16,827 bases of DNA from Candidatus Zixiibacteriota bacterium. GTDB taxonomy: Bacteria; Zixibacteria; MSB-5A5; UBA10806; 4484-95. Below are positions 1 to 9,342 of the stretch, piece by piece. A program made the translations under genes and the position numbers. The notes under the pieces were generated by a model. The model saw only the letters and a list, made by a program, of their open reading frames with translations, made no database searches and was not told the DNA's origin. Positions within the stretch are counted from its first letter, which is position 1. Each line of letters begins with the position of its first letter. Location: the NCBI GenBank assembly GCA_029932605.1, contig JAOZPT010000052.1:1-16827 (forward strand), given 5' to 3'.

Positions 1-117
1 GGCGAGGGGAGGCTTTACAAGATAGTGGGGACAAAATAGAAAAATCCTGACAATTAACAAGCACACCTTATATTCTAAACAAAGAATCAAGTAGACATAA
101 AAACAATCTTTAAAGAA

Positions 118-1563
118 TTACTTTTTCCAGAATGATGGTAACACTAAAGCTATCACCGTAAAAAGCTCCAGTCTTCCCAGAATCATACAAAAACTTAGAA
201 ATAACTTCCCCATTTCAGGAATATGGGCATAATGCTCTAAGGAACCTACCCTACCAAGACCCGGTCCAATATTTGCCAGAGTAGCAATAACCGAGGAGAA
301 AGCGGTAATGATATCAAGTCCCAGGGCGGCCATAAACATTGATCCAAACGCAAATACTACCACAAACAAGATAAAAAAACCAACGATGGATTTAGCCGTT
401 GTATCCGGAAGAGGGCGTTTGCCAATCTTTATTGCAACCACTGCATTTGGATGAACCGCTTTATAAAGCTCAGCTCTGATAATTTTAAATAATACTAAAA
501 ATCGTGAGACTTTTATACCTCCCGCTGTTGAGCCAGCTGATCCGCCAATAAACATCAAAACCACAAGAAGTAATCTGGCAAATGAGGGATAAGCGTTAAA
601 ATCGTCAGTGCCATAGCCGGTGGTTGTACCGATTGCGATTGTCTGGAACAAACCTTTCCTGAAAGCAACCAATGGATGGTGATGTATGGATAATATGGAA
701 ACTGCCAAAATCAATGTGGAAACACCCAGGATAATCGCATAGATACGAAACTCCGGGTCAATAAGTATTTTCTTGGGACTGCCCTTAACCGCAAGATAGT
801 AAAGATAAAAATTAACCCCAGCTGTAAACATGAAAAAGCTAATGGCATAATCTATTGCAGGATTATCAAAACCTCTTATCGATGAAGTGAGTGTTGAAAA
901 ACCACCGGTTGACATGGTAGTGAAACTATGGCAGATACCGTCATATAAAGACATCCCAAGGATTCTTAAAACCAGTATTTCCGCTATGGTGAATCCAAAA
1001 TAAATCTTCCAGAGTATGGCTGATGTCTCCCTCAACTTGGGGCGGAAACTTGCGGTAATAGGACCGGGAACCTCAGATTTAAACAAGTGCTTGGCTCCTA
1101 CTCCAAGACGCGGTAGAACTGCAATAAAAAGAACTATTATGCCCATTCCTCCCAACCATTGGGTCAATGAACGCCAATACAGAAGAGCCCGTGATTCGTT
1201 CTCAATCACCACAATAGCCGTCGAGCCGGTAGTGGTAAAACCGGACACCGCTTCGAAGAAAGCACTTGTAAAAGCGTTAAAAGTTCCCTCGAACATAAAT
1301 GGAAGCGCACCGAAAATCCCGCTGAAAATCCAGCCAAAAGCTGTAACTACCAGAGCCTCTTTTACATACAGGTCACCCCGGCTATTCCTGCCGATAAAAA
1401 TCATAGTTGCTCCGACGATGGAGGTAATAGAAACCGAAAAGACAAATGACCTTACAGCTCCTCCATCATGATCTATAAACGCCCATATAAGTGATGTCAT
1501 CATTGCCACTGACATCACCAACAGCAACAACCCTATCAGCTTAGCGATATAGCGAATATTCAT
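118..1563 (-). CDS. trkH: Trk system potassium uptake membrane protein TrkH
   Basis: 481-aa polytopic membrane protein with four pore-loop motifs (FEAVSGFTTTGS, TMSTGGFS, TTTGYG, LANIGPGLG) and C-terminal MILGRLE. Its ATG overlaps the trkA stop (TAATG). Confidence 0.96.
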   Translation of the reverse strand: MNIRYIAKLIGLLLLVMSVAMMTSLIWAFIDHDGGAVRSFVFSVSITSIVGATMIFIGRNSRGDLYVKEALVVTAFGWIFSGIFGALPFMFEGTFNAFTSAFFEAVSGFTTTGSTAIVVIENESRALLYWRSLTQWLGGMGIIVLFIAVLPRLGVGAKHLFKSEVPGPITASFRPKLRETSAILWKIYFGFTIAEILVLRILGMSLYDGICHSFTTMSTGGFSTLTSSIRGFDNPAIDYAISFFMFTAGVNFYLYYLAVKGSPKKILIDPEFRIYAIILGVSTLILAVSILSIHHHPLVAFRKGLFQTIAIGTTTGYGTDDFNAYPSFARLLLVVLMFIGGSAGSTAGGIKVSRFLVLFKIIRAELYKAVHPNAVVAIKIGKRPLPDTTAKSIVGFFILFVVVFAFGSMFMAALGLDIITAFSSVIATLANIGPGLGRVGSLEHYAHIPEMGKLFLSFCMILGRLELFTVIALVLPSFWKK

Positions 1564-2906
1564 TATCTTGATTTAAACAGTTCCTCAACCTTTGGTCGGA
1601 CCTCAGGGGTTGTAAAAACGATAACATTATCACCAACGCTAATTATATCATTACCTGTGGGGATTATTACACCTTGCTTGCCAGCTATAGCGCCAATAAC
1701 TGCTCCTTTAGGGATACGAAGATCTTTTAGCATATTACCGATAACTTTTGAACCCGCCGGCACCACAAATTCTAATATCTCCCCTTTGCCAAGCTCAATA
1801 TCAGAAACAGAGACCACTTCACCAGAACGGACATATCTCAATATCTGGTCAGCGGCGAATCGCCGTGGCGAAATTGTAGCATCCAGGCCCAGATGCTCAT
1901 AAACAGGCACATAATCAGGACGGTGCACCAAAGCAATGGTCTTTTTACAGCCTAGCTCTTTCGCTAACAAACTCGACATGAGGTTGATTTCATCGCGTTT
2001 GGAAGCTGCCACAAATACATCAGCCTCACCAACCTTCTCACGTCTTAAAAGTTCAATGTCGGTGCCATCCCCATTGATTACCAGTGCCTCAGCTAGTTGT
2101 TCGGATAAAAATTGACACCTCTTTTGGTTCCATTCAATCACAACAACCGAGATTTTTTTACCCTCAAGGAATTTTGCCACTGAATAACCTATTTTACCAC
2201 CTCCTAAAATAACTACCTTTTCAGCACCGCTGCTTTTCTGGTTAGCAAAAAATTCAGCACTTTTTCCTATAGTAGCAGTTTTACCAATGATAAATACTTT
2301 ATCGCCTTCCTCTAAGACAGTATCACCAGAGGGTATAATAAGTTTTTCGTTACGAATTATTGCAGTTACTAACAATTCGGGGGGAAATTTAAGATTTTTT
2401 AAGGAGGTTCCGGTAACGCCCTGTTTCTTTTTCTGGGTCAACTGAAGAAGTTCCACCTGGTTGTCGGCAAAATTGGCAATAAAATTCGCTCCAAGGAAAC
2501 CTATGAGTTTGTTAATCTCAATTGCTGAAAGTATCTCGGGAGAAATTACCAAATCTATGCCGAATAAATCCTGGTATGAACCTCGGTTGCCTGGAAGGTA
2601 TTCTTCCGAATCCACCCTGGCAATAACCTTGTTTGCACCAGAATCTTTGGCCATGAGGGATGTTAAGATGTTGACCTCGTCAATGTTGGTTACCGCTATC
2701 AGAAGGTCAGCCTTGTCAACCTCAATTTCCTTCAAGACACCTATAGAACCACCACGGCCAACAACAGACCGAACATCCAACCTCTCATCAACTGCGGAAA
2801 TGGCCTCTGGGTTAAGATCTACAACCGTCACATTGTGGTCCTCACGTGAAAGAACCGTGGCAATATGTTTGCCAACCTCTCCTAAACCTACAACTACAAT
2901 ATTCAA
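1563..2906 (-). CDS. trkA: Trk system potassium uptake regulatory protein TrkA (tandem RCK N/C domains)
   Basis: 447 aa with two Rossmann GxGxxG motifs (GLGEVG, GGGKIG) and two TrkA-C-like segments (IIPSGDTVL, IIPTGNDII). TTG start, adjacent to trkH. Confidence 0.96.
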   Translation of the reverse strand: MNIVVVGLGEVGKHIATVLSREDHNVTVVDLNPEAISAVDERLDVRSVVGRGGSIGVLKEIEVDKADLLIAVTNIDEVNILTSLMAKDSGANKVIARVDSEEYLPGNRGSYQDLFGIDLVISPEILSAIEINKLIGFLGANFIANFADNQVELLQLTQKKKQGVTGTSLKNLKFPPELLVTAIIRNEKLIIPSGDTVLEEGDKVFIIGKTATIGKSAEFFANQKSSGAEKVVILGGGKIGYSVAKFLEGKKISVVVIEWNQKRCQFLSEQLAEALVINGDGTDIELLRREKVGEADVFVAASKRDEINLMSSLLAKELGCKKTIALVHRPDYVPVYEHLGLDATISPRRFAADQILRYVRSGEVVSVSDIELGKGEILEFVVPAGSKVIGNMLKDLRIPKGAVIGAIAGKQGVIIPTGNDIISVGDNVIVFTTPEVRPKVEELFKSR

Positions 2907-2969
2907 CTCGATACCCTAAAAAATGAATCGGTCAATTATTTTTGATATTAAAGACCGTTCACTAATATA

Positions 2970-2998
2970 AATTTAAACTTATTGCCCTTATGTTGCAA
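2970..2998 (-). promoter_or_regulatory. Putative sigma70 promoter for trkAH
   Basis: Minus strand reads TTGCAA (2998-2993), 17 nt, TAAATT (2975-2970). Confidence 0.55.
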
Positions 2999-3041
2999 GG
3001 TTTATTCAGGACATATTAAGCAGATGGTTAACAATCAGATA

Positions 3042-3917
3042 TCACCTTTTTAAAACTTCAAGAGTCTCTTTATCGATTGTCACTGTTCTGTATGGGAATG
3101 GGATTTCAATACCATCAGCATCAAACCTATTTTTGATACGGCGACGATATTCTCTGGCCACAGACCACTGAGATAATGGTAATGTTTTCATGATAATTTT
3201 TATTGTTACCGCGGAATCATCAAATGAATTTACACCAAGCATCGTTGGTTCATCAATTATTATCTCTTTCCACTCCGGTTCAGAAGCCATGCTCTTGGCA
3301 ACATCCATCATTATCTCCATAACCCGATCAACATTTTCTTTATAAGCCACTCCAATTTCCAGTACCGCTCGTGACCAGCCATAAGTAAGATTTGATATTG
3401 AACTCATTTCACCATTTGGTATAACATGAACCACTCCCTCAAGATCCCTAAGTACCGTTGTTCGAAGCGTTATTCTCTCGACCACGCCGGAATGACCGGC
3501 CACACTGATGACATCGCCAACTCGAAATTGGTTTTCCATAAGTATAAAAAAGCCAGTTACTACATCCTTAACAAGTGCCTGCGAACCAAAACCAACAGCC
3601 AGACCCAATATACCGGCACCAGCCAATAATGGACCAATATCAATACCGAATTCTCTTATTATCATCAAAACACCAAAAGCAATTACTATCACTTTTACAA
3701 CTGTATTAATCATCTGCACAAGCGTTTCGGTCCGTTTTTCCCTTTCCGATTGCCGTGACGGATCTTCATCCTCGGTATATGCCTTAATCCTGTTACCTAT
3801 AAATTTTGCAATTTTTATGGCGACCCACATGCCTATCAAAATAAGAATAATTTTAGGCACATGGATTATCATCCAATCTCTAAGTTCAATTAAAATCTCA
3901 GCACTAAATTTTCCCAT
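3042..3917 (-). CDS. mscS: Small-conductance mechanosensitive channel, MscS family
   Basis: TM3 motif LLAGAGILGLAVGFGSQALVKDVVTGFFIL, plus GDVI...GVVERITLRTT, IPNG and GIEIPFP. Strong SD AAGGAGG 4 nt before the ATG. Confidence 0.93.
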   Translation of the reverse strand: MGKFSAEILIELRDWMIIHVPKIILILIGMWVAIKIAKFIGNRIKAYTEDEDPSRQSEREKRTETLVQMINTVVKVIVIAFGVLMIIREFGIDIGPLLAGAGILGLAVGFGSQALVKDVVTGFFILMENQFRVGDVISVAGHSGVVERITLRTTVLRDLEGVVHVIPNGEMSSISNLTYGWSRAVLEIGVAYKENVDRVMEIMMDVAKSMASEPEWKEIIIDEPTMLGVNSFDDSAVTIKIIMKTLPLSQWSVAREYRRRIKNRFDADGIEIPFPYRTVTIDKETLEVLKR

Positions 3918-4021
3918 GTTTCCTCCTTAAGCGATATCTTTTTTAGGTCGATTTTTTTAGTATTCCACTCAACAGGCAAGTATTTTATTCTATGTTGATA
4001 GTTGGCATAAATCTTCGTTTT

Positions 4022-4867
4022 CTAAAATCTTTCTTTTATCACCCTCCTCATCCTGTCAACCAGTTCCAGCGCACTATCTCGAGCTCTTTCGGCGAAATTA
4101 TCGTTAACAGAAGCATAAATCACCGAGCGGGAGACATTGATGATTCCCCATTTGCCCTTTGAGTTAGCGCCCTGTTTCAAGGAATTCTCGAGGTCACCAC
4201 CCTGAGCGCCAATTCCAGGAATCAAAATCAGCATGTCCTCACCTATAATCTTGCGGATACTGCCAAGTTCCCCTGGTGAGGTTGCCCCAATAACAAGCCC
4301 AACATTACCGTTATGGTTCCATAATACCGCTTTACGAGCAACAAGTTCATAGATATTTATGCCTGCCCAATCTCCGTTCGCGATGACCTGCTTCTGAAAA
4401 TCAGATGACGATGGATTAGATGTCAAACATAGTATAAACACTCCTTTTGTACTATAATCCAGAAACGGTTTCAAACAGTCATACCCCATATATGGATTTA
4501 CCGTTGTGGCATCGGCGCCAAGATAATCAAAAGCAAAACGGGCATACATTCTTGAGGTGTTGCCAATATCTCCTCTTTTGGCATCAAGGATGACCGGCAC
4601 TTTTTCCGGAATATAGTCTATGACATTTTTAAGTAATTCGATTCCGGGGATACCGAGGGCTTCATAAAAAGCGGAATTGGGCTTATAAGCACACACAATG
4701 TCTATAGTGGCGTCGATAATACTTTTTAAAAAACTAAAAATACCACTAATATTTTTTGGAACATTACCGGGGAGCTTCTCAACATCAGGGTCAAGGCCAA
4801 TACATAACCAGCTATTATTATCCTGCGCCGCTTTCAACAGCTTATCACTAAAACCCATATCAACCAT
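4022..4867 (-). CDS. pyrF: Orotidine-5'-phosphate decarboxylase (subfamily 2)
   Basis: LCIGLDP, YKPNSAFYE, catalytic ILDAKRGDIGNT and IPGIGAQGG. An alternative start is the ATG at 4858, 1 nt after the pyrD stop. Confidence 0.96.
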   Translation of the reverse strand: MVDMGFSDKLLKAAQDNNSWLCIGLDPDVEKLPGNVPKNISGIFSFLKSIIDATIDIVCAYKPNSAFYEALGIPGIELLKNVIDYIPEKVPVILDAKRGDIGNTSRMYARFAFDYLGADATTVNPYMGYDCLKPFLDYSTKGVFILCLTSNPSSSDFQKQVIANGDWAGINIYELVARKAVLWNHNGNVGLVIGATSPGELGSIRKIIGEDMLILIPGIGAQGGDLENSLKQGANSKGKWGIINVSRSVIYASVNDNFAERARDSALELVDRMRRVIKERF

Positions 4868-5777
4868 CTTTCACTGCACCAATAATATCATTTACATTCT
4901 GGTAGTTGTTCTTTTTGAGATAAGTTGACAACTCATCTATTACTCGCAAAAACACCGTGGGCTCGGCGAAACAGGCCGTGCCTATCTGTACCGCTTTTGC
5001 CCCCGCCATCAAAAACTCAACCACATCATCTCCTGATGAAATACCGCCAACACCAATTACGGGAATCTTTACGGCACTGGCGACTTTATATACCATAGCT
5101 AAAGCCACCGGCTTTACAGCCGGTCCTGATAAACCACCAAACCTGTTCGATAATTTAAACCGTGTGGTCTGGGTATCAATAGCTGTACCGACAAGAGTAT
5201 TAATCAGGGAAACGGCATCCGCACCAGCATCCTCAACGGCTTTAGCCACAGCCACAATATCAGTCACGTTAGGAGATAACTTCGGAATAACAGGAACACG
5301 GCTGGCTTTTTTAACTGCCCTTATAACCTTAGCCGCCTCCGCTGGTGATGCGCCGAACTCCAAACCGCCCGAATCTACATTAGGACAGGAGATATTAACC
5401 TCGATAGCGTCAACGCCTTCCAAGGACGATATCTTTCCAGCTAACATAGTATAGTCATTAACTGTGCTACCGGCTATATTAACGATTACAGTGCAACTTA
5501 ATTTTTGTAAAAACGGCAACTTCTCCATAATAAATCTATCCAAACCGACGTTGGTAAGCCCGATAGCATTTAACATCCCCGAGGCCGTCTCCACAACTTT
5601 AGGCGGTGGATGACCTGTTCTGGGCAACGGTGTAATCGACTTGGTGACCATTCCACCAAGCTGATTGATATCGAAAAACTCTGTCGCTTCCTCACCATAA
5701 CCGAAACATCCCGAGGCGGATAGTATCGGATTTTTCAGCTTCAAGCCCGCTATTTCTGTCTGAAGGCTCAATCCCAT
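4860..5777 (-). CDS. pyrD: Dihydroorotate dehydrogenase family 1B, catalytic subunit
   Basis: NPILSASGCFG, TKSIT, MLNAIGL, catalytic EVNISCPN, KLSPNVTDI, INT and GGLSGPAVKP. Adjacent to pyrK. Confidence 0.96.
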   Translation of the reverse strand: MGLSLQTEIAGLKLKNPILSASGCFGYGEEATEFFDINQLGGMVTKSITPLPRTGHPPPKVVETASGMLNAIGLTNVGLDRFIMEKLPFLQKLSCTVIVNIAGSTVNDYTMLAGKISSLEGVDAIEVNISCPNVDSGGLEFGASPAEAAKVIRAVKKASRVPVIPKLSPNVTDIVAVAKAVEDAGADAVSLINTLVGTAIDTQTTRFKLSNRFGGLSGPAVKPVALAMVYKVASAVKIPVIGVGGISSGDDVVEFLMAGAKAVQIGTACFAEPTVFLRVIDELSTYLKKNNYQNVNDIIGAVKDG

Positions 5778-6595
5778 ATCAGCTCCGATGCTTTAAACAC
5801 GGGACCCTCTTTACACACCCGAGCCAACCTGAACCCCTTTTCATCCTCTGTGTTATCACTATCACCCGCTTTTATCTTGACAGCACAACCATTGCATACT
5901 CCCCAACCACAGGGCATAAGTTGTTCAAGTGAGAGATAGCACTCTAATCCGTGACATATCTCTGCCACTTTTTTCACCATAGCCATCGGGCCACAACCAT
6001 AAATTACAGGACCTAAATCATCTTTCCCGGAATGCACTTTCGTCAGATCATTAGCAAATGGCTCCGTGACTAAACCCTTGATACCATAACTTCCATCATC
6101 GGTAGTTACAACAGAATGGACACCAAGAGATGTTAGCTCATCGTTTGCGAAAAGCTCTTCAACATATCTAGCGCCGGAATAAAAATGTATTAGTTTTGGT
6201 GAATACCCTTTTTCAAGGATACTTTCACATAAGAAAAGCAAAGGTGGTAAGCCTGCTCCACCGGCAACAAGATAAATAGATCTTCCCATCTGTGGCAATA
6301 TAAACCCGTTGCCAAACGGCCCTGTAACATAAAGCCTATCCCCCCGGTTAATATCATACAAAAGTCCCGTTACCTTTCCGCATTTTTTAATGGAGACCGT
6401 AACTATATCGTCCTTGATTTTACGAACGGAAAATGGACGTGGCCAGAGCACCGAATTTATACCTGGTATTTTAACCTGAATGAATTGACCAGGGCTGGCT
6501 TGGGAAGCAATCTGCGGTGATACGATATCTAAGCTGAATATATTCCTTGAAATAACAGTTTTTCCCGACACCTCTACCGAGCCGGAAAATTTCAT
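5768..6595 (-). CDS. pyrK: Dihydroorotate dehydrogenase electron transfer subunit (FAD, 2Fe-2S)
   Basis: PGQF, RPFS, GPFGNGF, AGGAGLPP, TDDGSYG, CGP and the 2Fe-2S motif CGWGVCNGC...VCKEGPVF. Overlaps pyrD by 10 nt. Confidence 0.93.
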   Translation of the reverse strand: MKFSGSVEVSGKTVISRNIFSLDIVSPQIASQASPGQFIQVKIPGINSVLWPRPFSVRKIKDDIVTVSIKKCGKVTGLLYDINRGDRLYVTGPFGNGFILPQMGRSIYLVAGGAGLPPLLFLCESILEKGYSPKLIHFYSGARYVEELFANDELTSLGVHSVVTTDDGSYGIKGLVTEPFANDLTKVHSGKDDLGPVIYGCGPMAMVKKVAEICHGLECYLSLEQLMPCGWGVCNGCAVKIKAGDSDNTEDEKGFRLARVCKEGPVFKASELIWD

Positions 6596-9099
6596 TATGG
6601 CCCTTTCTCCTCTAAATCACGATAAGGATTGTAGAACTCATCAAGCTCAGGAGGTTCAAACCGTATTTCGTAGCGGAAATATTCATCAAGTTTTGATAAA
6701 TCCTGGATGTTTGAAACATCAAAAGTAGTATTTAACAAGGCCTCCGTTGCTACAGAATCGATATCGGCATTACCCGATGGGCCGAGCATCTGATAATCAA
6801 CCACATTGCCGAATAAATCTATCTTGATTTTAAAAGTGACCCGCCCTTTGAATTTTAACCTTAAGAGATGCTCCGGATACAGAAATTCTCCTGTATCCTT
6901 AACTGCCGGAGCAGGAGGTAGAGTAAAAGCTAAACGCCTGAGTGAATCGGCCCTTGCTCGATTCAATGAATCCTCTTCAGGAGTTAAGATTTCCTCTTCA
7001 GTTAGTTGTTCTGGTTGTTGCCTTTTTTCCTGACGTTCCCTTTTAGCGAGCCCCATCTTTATTTTTGCCTCCTCGGCGTATGGAGTCTCTGGATATTTCT
7101 CCACTACTTCTGAAAAAGCGTAATACGCTGAGCTATCGCCATCCGTTTCAAGCATATTGCCTATTATCCAGGCTCTGCTAAAAGCGCTTTTAGCAGCAAA
7201 CTCGCTTTTGGGAAATCTGTTCTCAATAAACTCAAACAGGGCTAAAGCCGAATCAACGTCATTATTGACAAAATATAAATCCTCAGCCTGGGTATATAAT
7301 CCCGCAACATCCTCTTTGGTTGGAATTACAAGATCATTGTATTTATCCGCAACATATTTAGCTTCCGGGGAAGACGGGTAAAGATTTACAATTCGTTCAT
7401 ACAGTCCTCTGGCTTTGAGTGAATCTTTTCTCTGTTCATAAATACAAGCGGAAGCCAACAGAGCTTTAGATGCATAAGGGGATTCAGGATAGGTATCCGC
7501 TAAAAGAAGATACTCGCTAAGAGCCGAATCTGGTTGGTTGAGGTCTTGATAATAAAGCTCGGCCAATAAAAACATGGTTTCTATATTCTCAACTAATGAA
7601 GATGTATCTTTTGTTGCGGTTTGTGCACTGGTATCTACAATAACCTCTTCTGCAAATACCGTATCACCCGCAAACCCTGAATCAGCATCAGATAATGAAC
7701 TATCAGATATAACTACCGTGTCAACTGACACTTGAGAAGATGAATCTAATGTTGGTTCAATTATTCCAGCAAGGTTATCAGAAAATGTCAGACCACCTGC
7801 AACAAGTGATTCTGGAAGGTTAGAGAACACGGAATGAACTGGAATACCCTCAATTGAAGATGTATCCGGCGGGGGAACTGAATCCAACGGTTGATGACCG
7901 GTAGTATCTGAAATAGCGAGGCTATCGAGTTTACCAGTGGAATCCACATTTCCCGAGTCAGCTGTTTCAGGAGTTTTACCAAGCTTACTTTTATACATCT
8001 CAAGTTTGGAGATCTGAGCGGAATGTGCCAAGGCTAGATTACGAAAAGGCGAATCCCTTTTCTCCTGAGCTACGTTGTTAAAACACTCCTTGGCTTTTTC
8101 TAAGTCATATAAATCATCCCGGTATATCAAACCAAGGCGATAATAAGCCTCGGCAGACTCCATCGTCTTGGGAAACTGTTCAATCACTCTCAAGTATTCA
8201 TTTATAGCTTCCTCATATTTACCAGAGAGATCCAAGCCCTCGGCTATTTTCAGTTTTATCATCGACGACTGTTCAAAATATCTTTCCTGTTTGGCAAGGT
8301 CTCTAAAAATAACTAACCCCATCTCAACCGAGTCGGCTTCAAATGCCGCCGAACCAGCAGCATAGCGGGCAATAAAATAAAGGTCATGTGAGGGCTTGTA
8401 CCTGGTTACATTTTTATAAGCCATCAAAGCCATATTATACTCACCAAGGCTATCATAAGATGCCCCTATGCAATACTGCACTAAAGCCGCAGAGTCAGAT
8501 TTGGGATAGCTTTTTAGAAAATCTGTGAAGGAGGTGATAGCGCTATTATAATTCTCTTGGAGAAAATCCATTAAAGCAATCATATAAGCGGCATCATCTT
8601 TATATGGACTTTTCCTCATTTTCATAACCTTGCTAAAAGCCTCAAGCGCAAGATCATAACTTCTAAGCCAGAACTGGCTCATGCCAATATAATAATAAGC
8701 ATCATCAACGTATTTGGAATCTGGATATTTTATCACCAATTCCCTGAATCTTTTATCAGCTGTAATGTACTCAGTCATGTTGTAACGTGATTTGCCTATA
8801 ATCCAGAGAGCATCATCAACATATTTTGACTCCGGATGAAATACTACCACCCTGTTGGCTTTGTCTATGGCTGTTTTATAGAGATTCCTTTCCGTCATCG
8901 AGGCCGATGGTTCCTGAAATAGTATGGAACCGGCTAACATAGATGACCTTTGCTGGCGACTATTAATCTGAGAACGGCGCTGATTCTCCTCCGCCAGCTT
9001 AAAATTTTGTTTGGCGTTGTAAAAAAGATTATAATACACACACGAAAAAGATAGCACCACCAGTAAGAGAATACTCGATTTCCTACACATAACCACCAT
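6595..9099 (-). CDS. TPR-repeat lipoprotein with an Asp/Ser/Thr-rich linker and C-terminal TonB_C-like domain
   Basis: Lipoprotein-type signal (RKSSILLLVVLSFS-C), many BamD/CpoB-style TPR units (YPDSKYVDDAYYYIG, FPKTMESAEAYYRLG, YPESPYASKAL), a low-complexity linker, then YPEHLLRLKFKGRVTFKIKIDLFGNVVDYQMLGPSGNADIDSVATEAL. The true start may be the ATG at 9090. Confidence 0.8.
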   Translation of the reverse strand: MVVMCRKSSILLLVVLSFSCVYYNLFYNAKQNFKLAEENQRRSQINSRQQRSSMLAGSILFQEPSASMTERNLYKTAIDKANRVVVFHPESKYVDDALWIIGKSRYNMTEYITADKRFRELVIKYPDSKYVDDAYYYIGMSQFWLRSYDLALEAFSKVMKMRKSPYKDDAAYMIALMDFLQENYNSAITSFTDFLKSYPKSDSAALVQYCIGASYDSLGEYNMALMAYKNVTRYKPSHDLYFIARYAAGSAAFEADSVEMGLVIFRDLAKQERYFEQSSMIKLKIAEGLDLSGKYEEAINEYLRVIEQFPKTMESAEAYYRLGLIYRDDLYDLEKAKECFNNVAQEKRDSPFRNLALAHSAQISKLEMYKSKLGKTPETADSGNVDSTGKLDSLAISDTTGHQPLDSVPPPDTSSIEGIPVHSVFSNLPESLVAGGLTFSDNLAGIIEPTLDSSSQVSVDTVVISDSSLSDADSGFAGDTVFAEEVIVDTSAQTATKDTSSLVENIETMFLLAELYYQDLNQPDSALSEYLLLADTYPESPYASKALLASACIYEQRKDSLKARGLYERIVNLYPSSPEAKYVADKYNDLVIPTKEDVAGLYTQAEDLYFVNNDVDSALALFEFIENRFPKSEFAAKSAFSRAWIIGNMLETDGDSSAYYAFSEVVEKYPETPYAEEAKIKMGLAKRERQEKRQQPEQLTEEEILTPEEDSLNRARADSLRRLAFTLPPAPAVKDTGEFLYPEHLLRLKFKGRVTFKIKIDLFGNVVDYQMLGPSGNADIDSVATEALLNTTFDVSNIQDLSKLDEYFRYEIRFEPPELDEFYNPYRDLEEKGP

Positions 9100-9101
9100 A
9101 T

Positions 9102-9130
9102 ATAATATAATTTCGACAGCTAAGTTCCAA
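9102..9130 (-). promoter_or_regulatory. Putative sigma70 promoter for the TPR-pyrKDF operon
   Basis: Minus strand reads TTGGAA (9130-9125), 17 nt, TATTAT (9107-9102). Confidence 0.45.
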
Positions 9131-9285
9131 GTGTTATTTTAAAATTTTAAACCCAACTTCAAAGTCACCCATCCACAATATCTTTATATTGCATACACCA
9201 CGAGATACCATTGCTGTTGATATTATTGTTTTCCACCAATTCTGCATGTTATTCGTCTGAGAAGTATAACAGTTAGGTTTTCCTC

Positions 9286-9318
9286 AAAAAAAACAGGTTT
9301 TCGTATGAAAACCTGTTT
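9286..9318 (-). terminator. Intrinsic terminator of the FadL-esterase unit
   Basis: Perfect 12-bp inverted repeat AAACAGGTTTTC (9291-9302) / GAAAACCTGTTT (9307-9318) with a 4-nt loop, and a T8 tract on the minus strand (9293-9286). It starts 24 nt after the esterase stop. Confidence 0.88.
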
Positions 9319-9342
9319 ACATTTAAAATATCAAATAAAACT

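Noticed and set aside
1..39. Possible 3' end of a convergent plus-strand gene (GEGRLYKIVGTK-stop)
   Set aside because: Only 12 codons are visible at the window edge, too few to support a call.
8700..8840. DNA-level similarity between two P(E/D)SKYVDDA-coding segments
   Set aside because: This is ordinary TPR repeat similarity inside the CDS, not a CRISPR or DGR repeat.
9134..9247. 37-aa minus-strand ORF (MQNWWKTIISTAMV...) between the terminator and the TPR promoter
   Set aside because: It has no SD and no recognisable motif, and it lies just downstream of a strong terminator.
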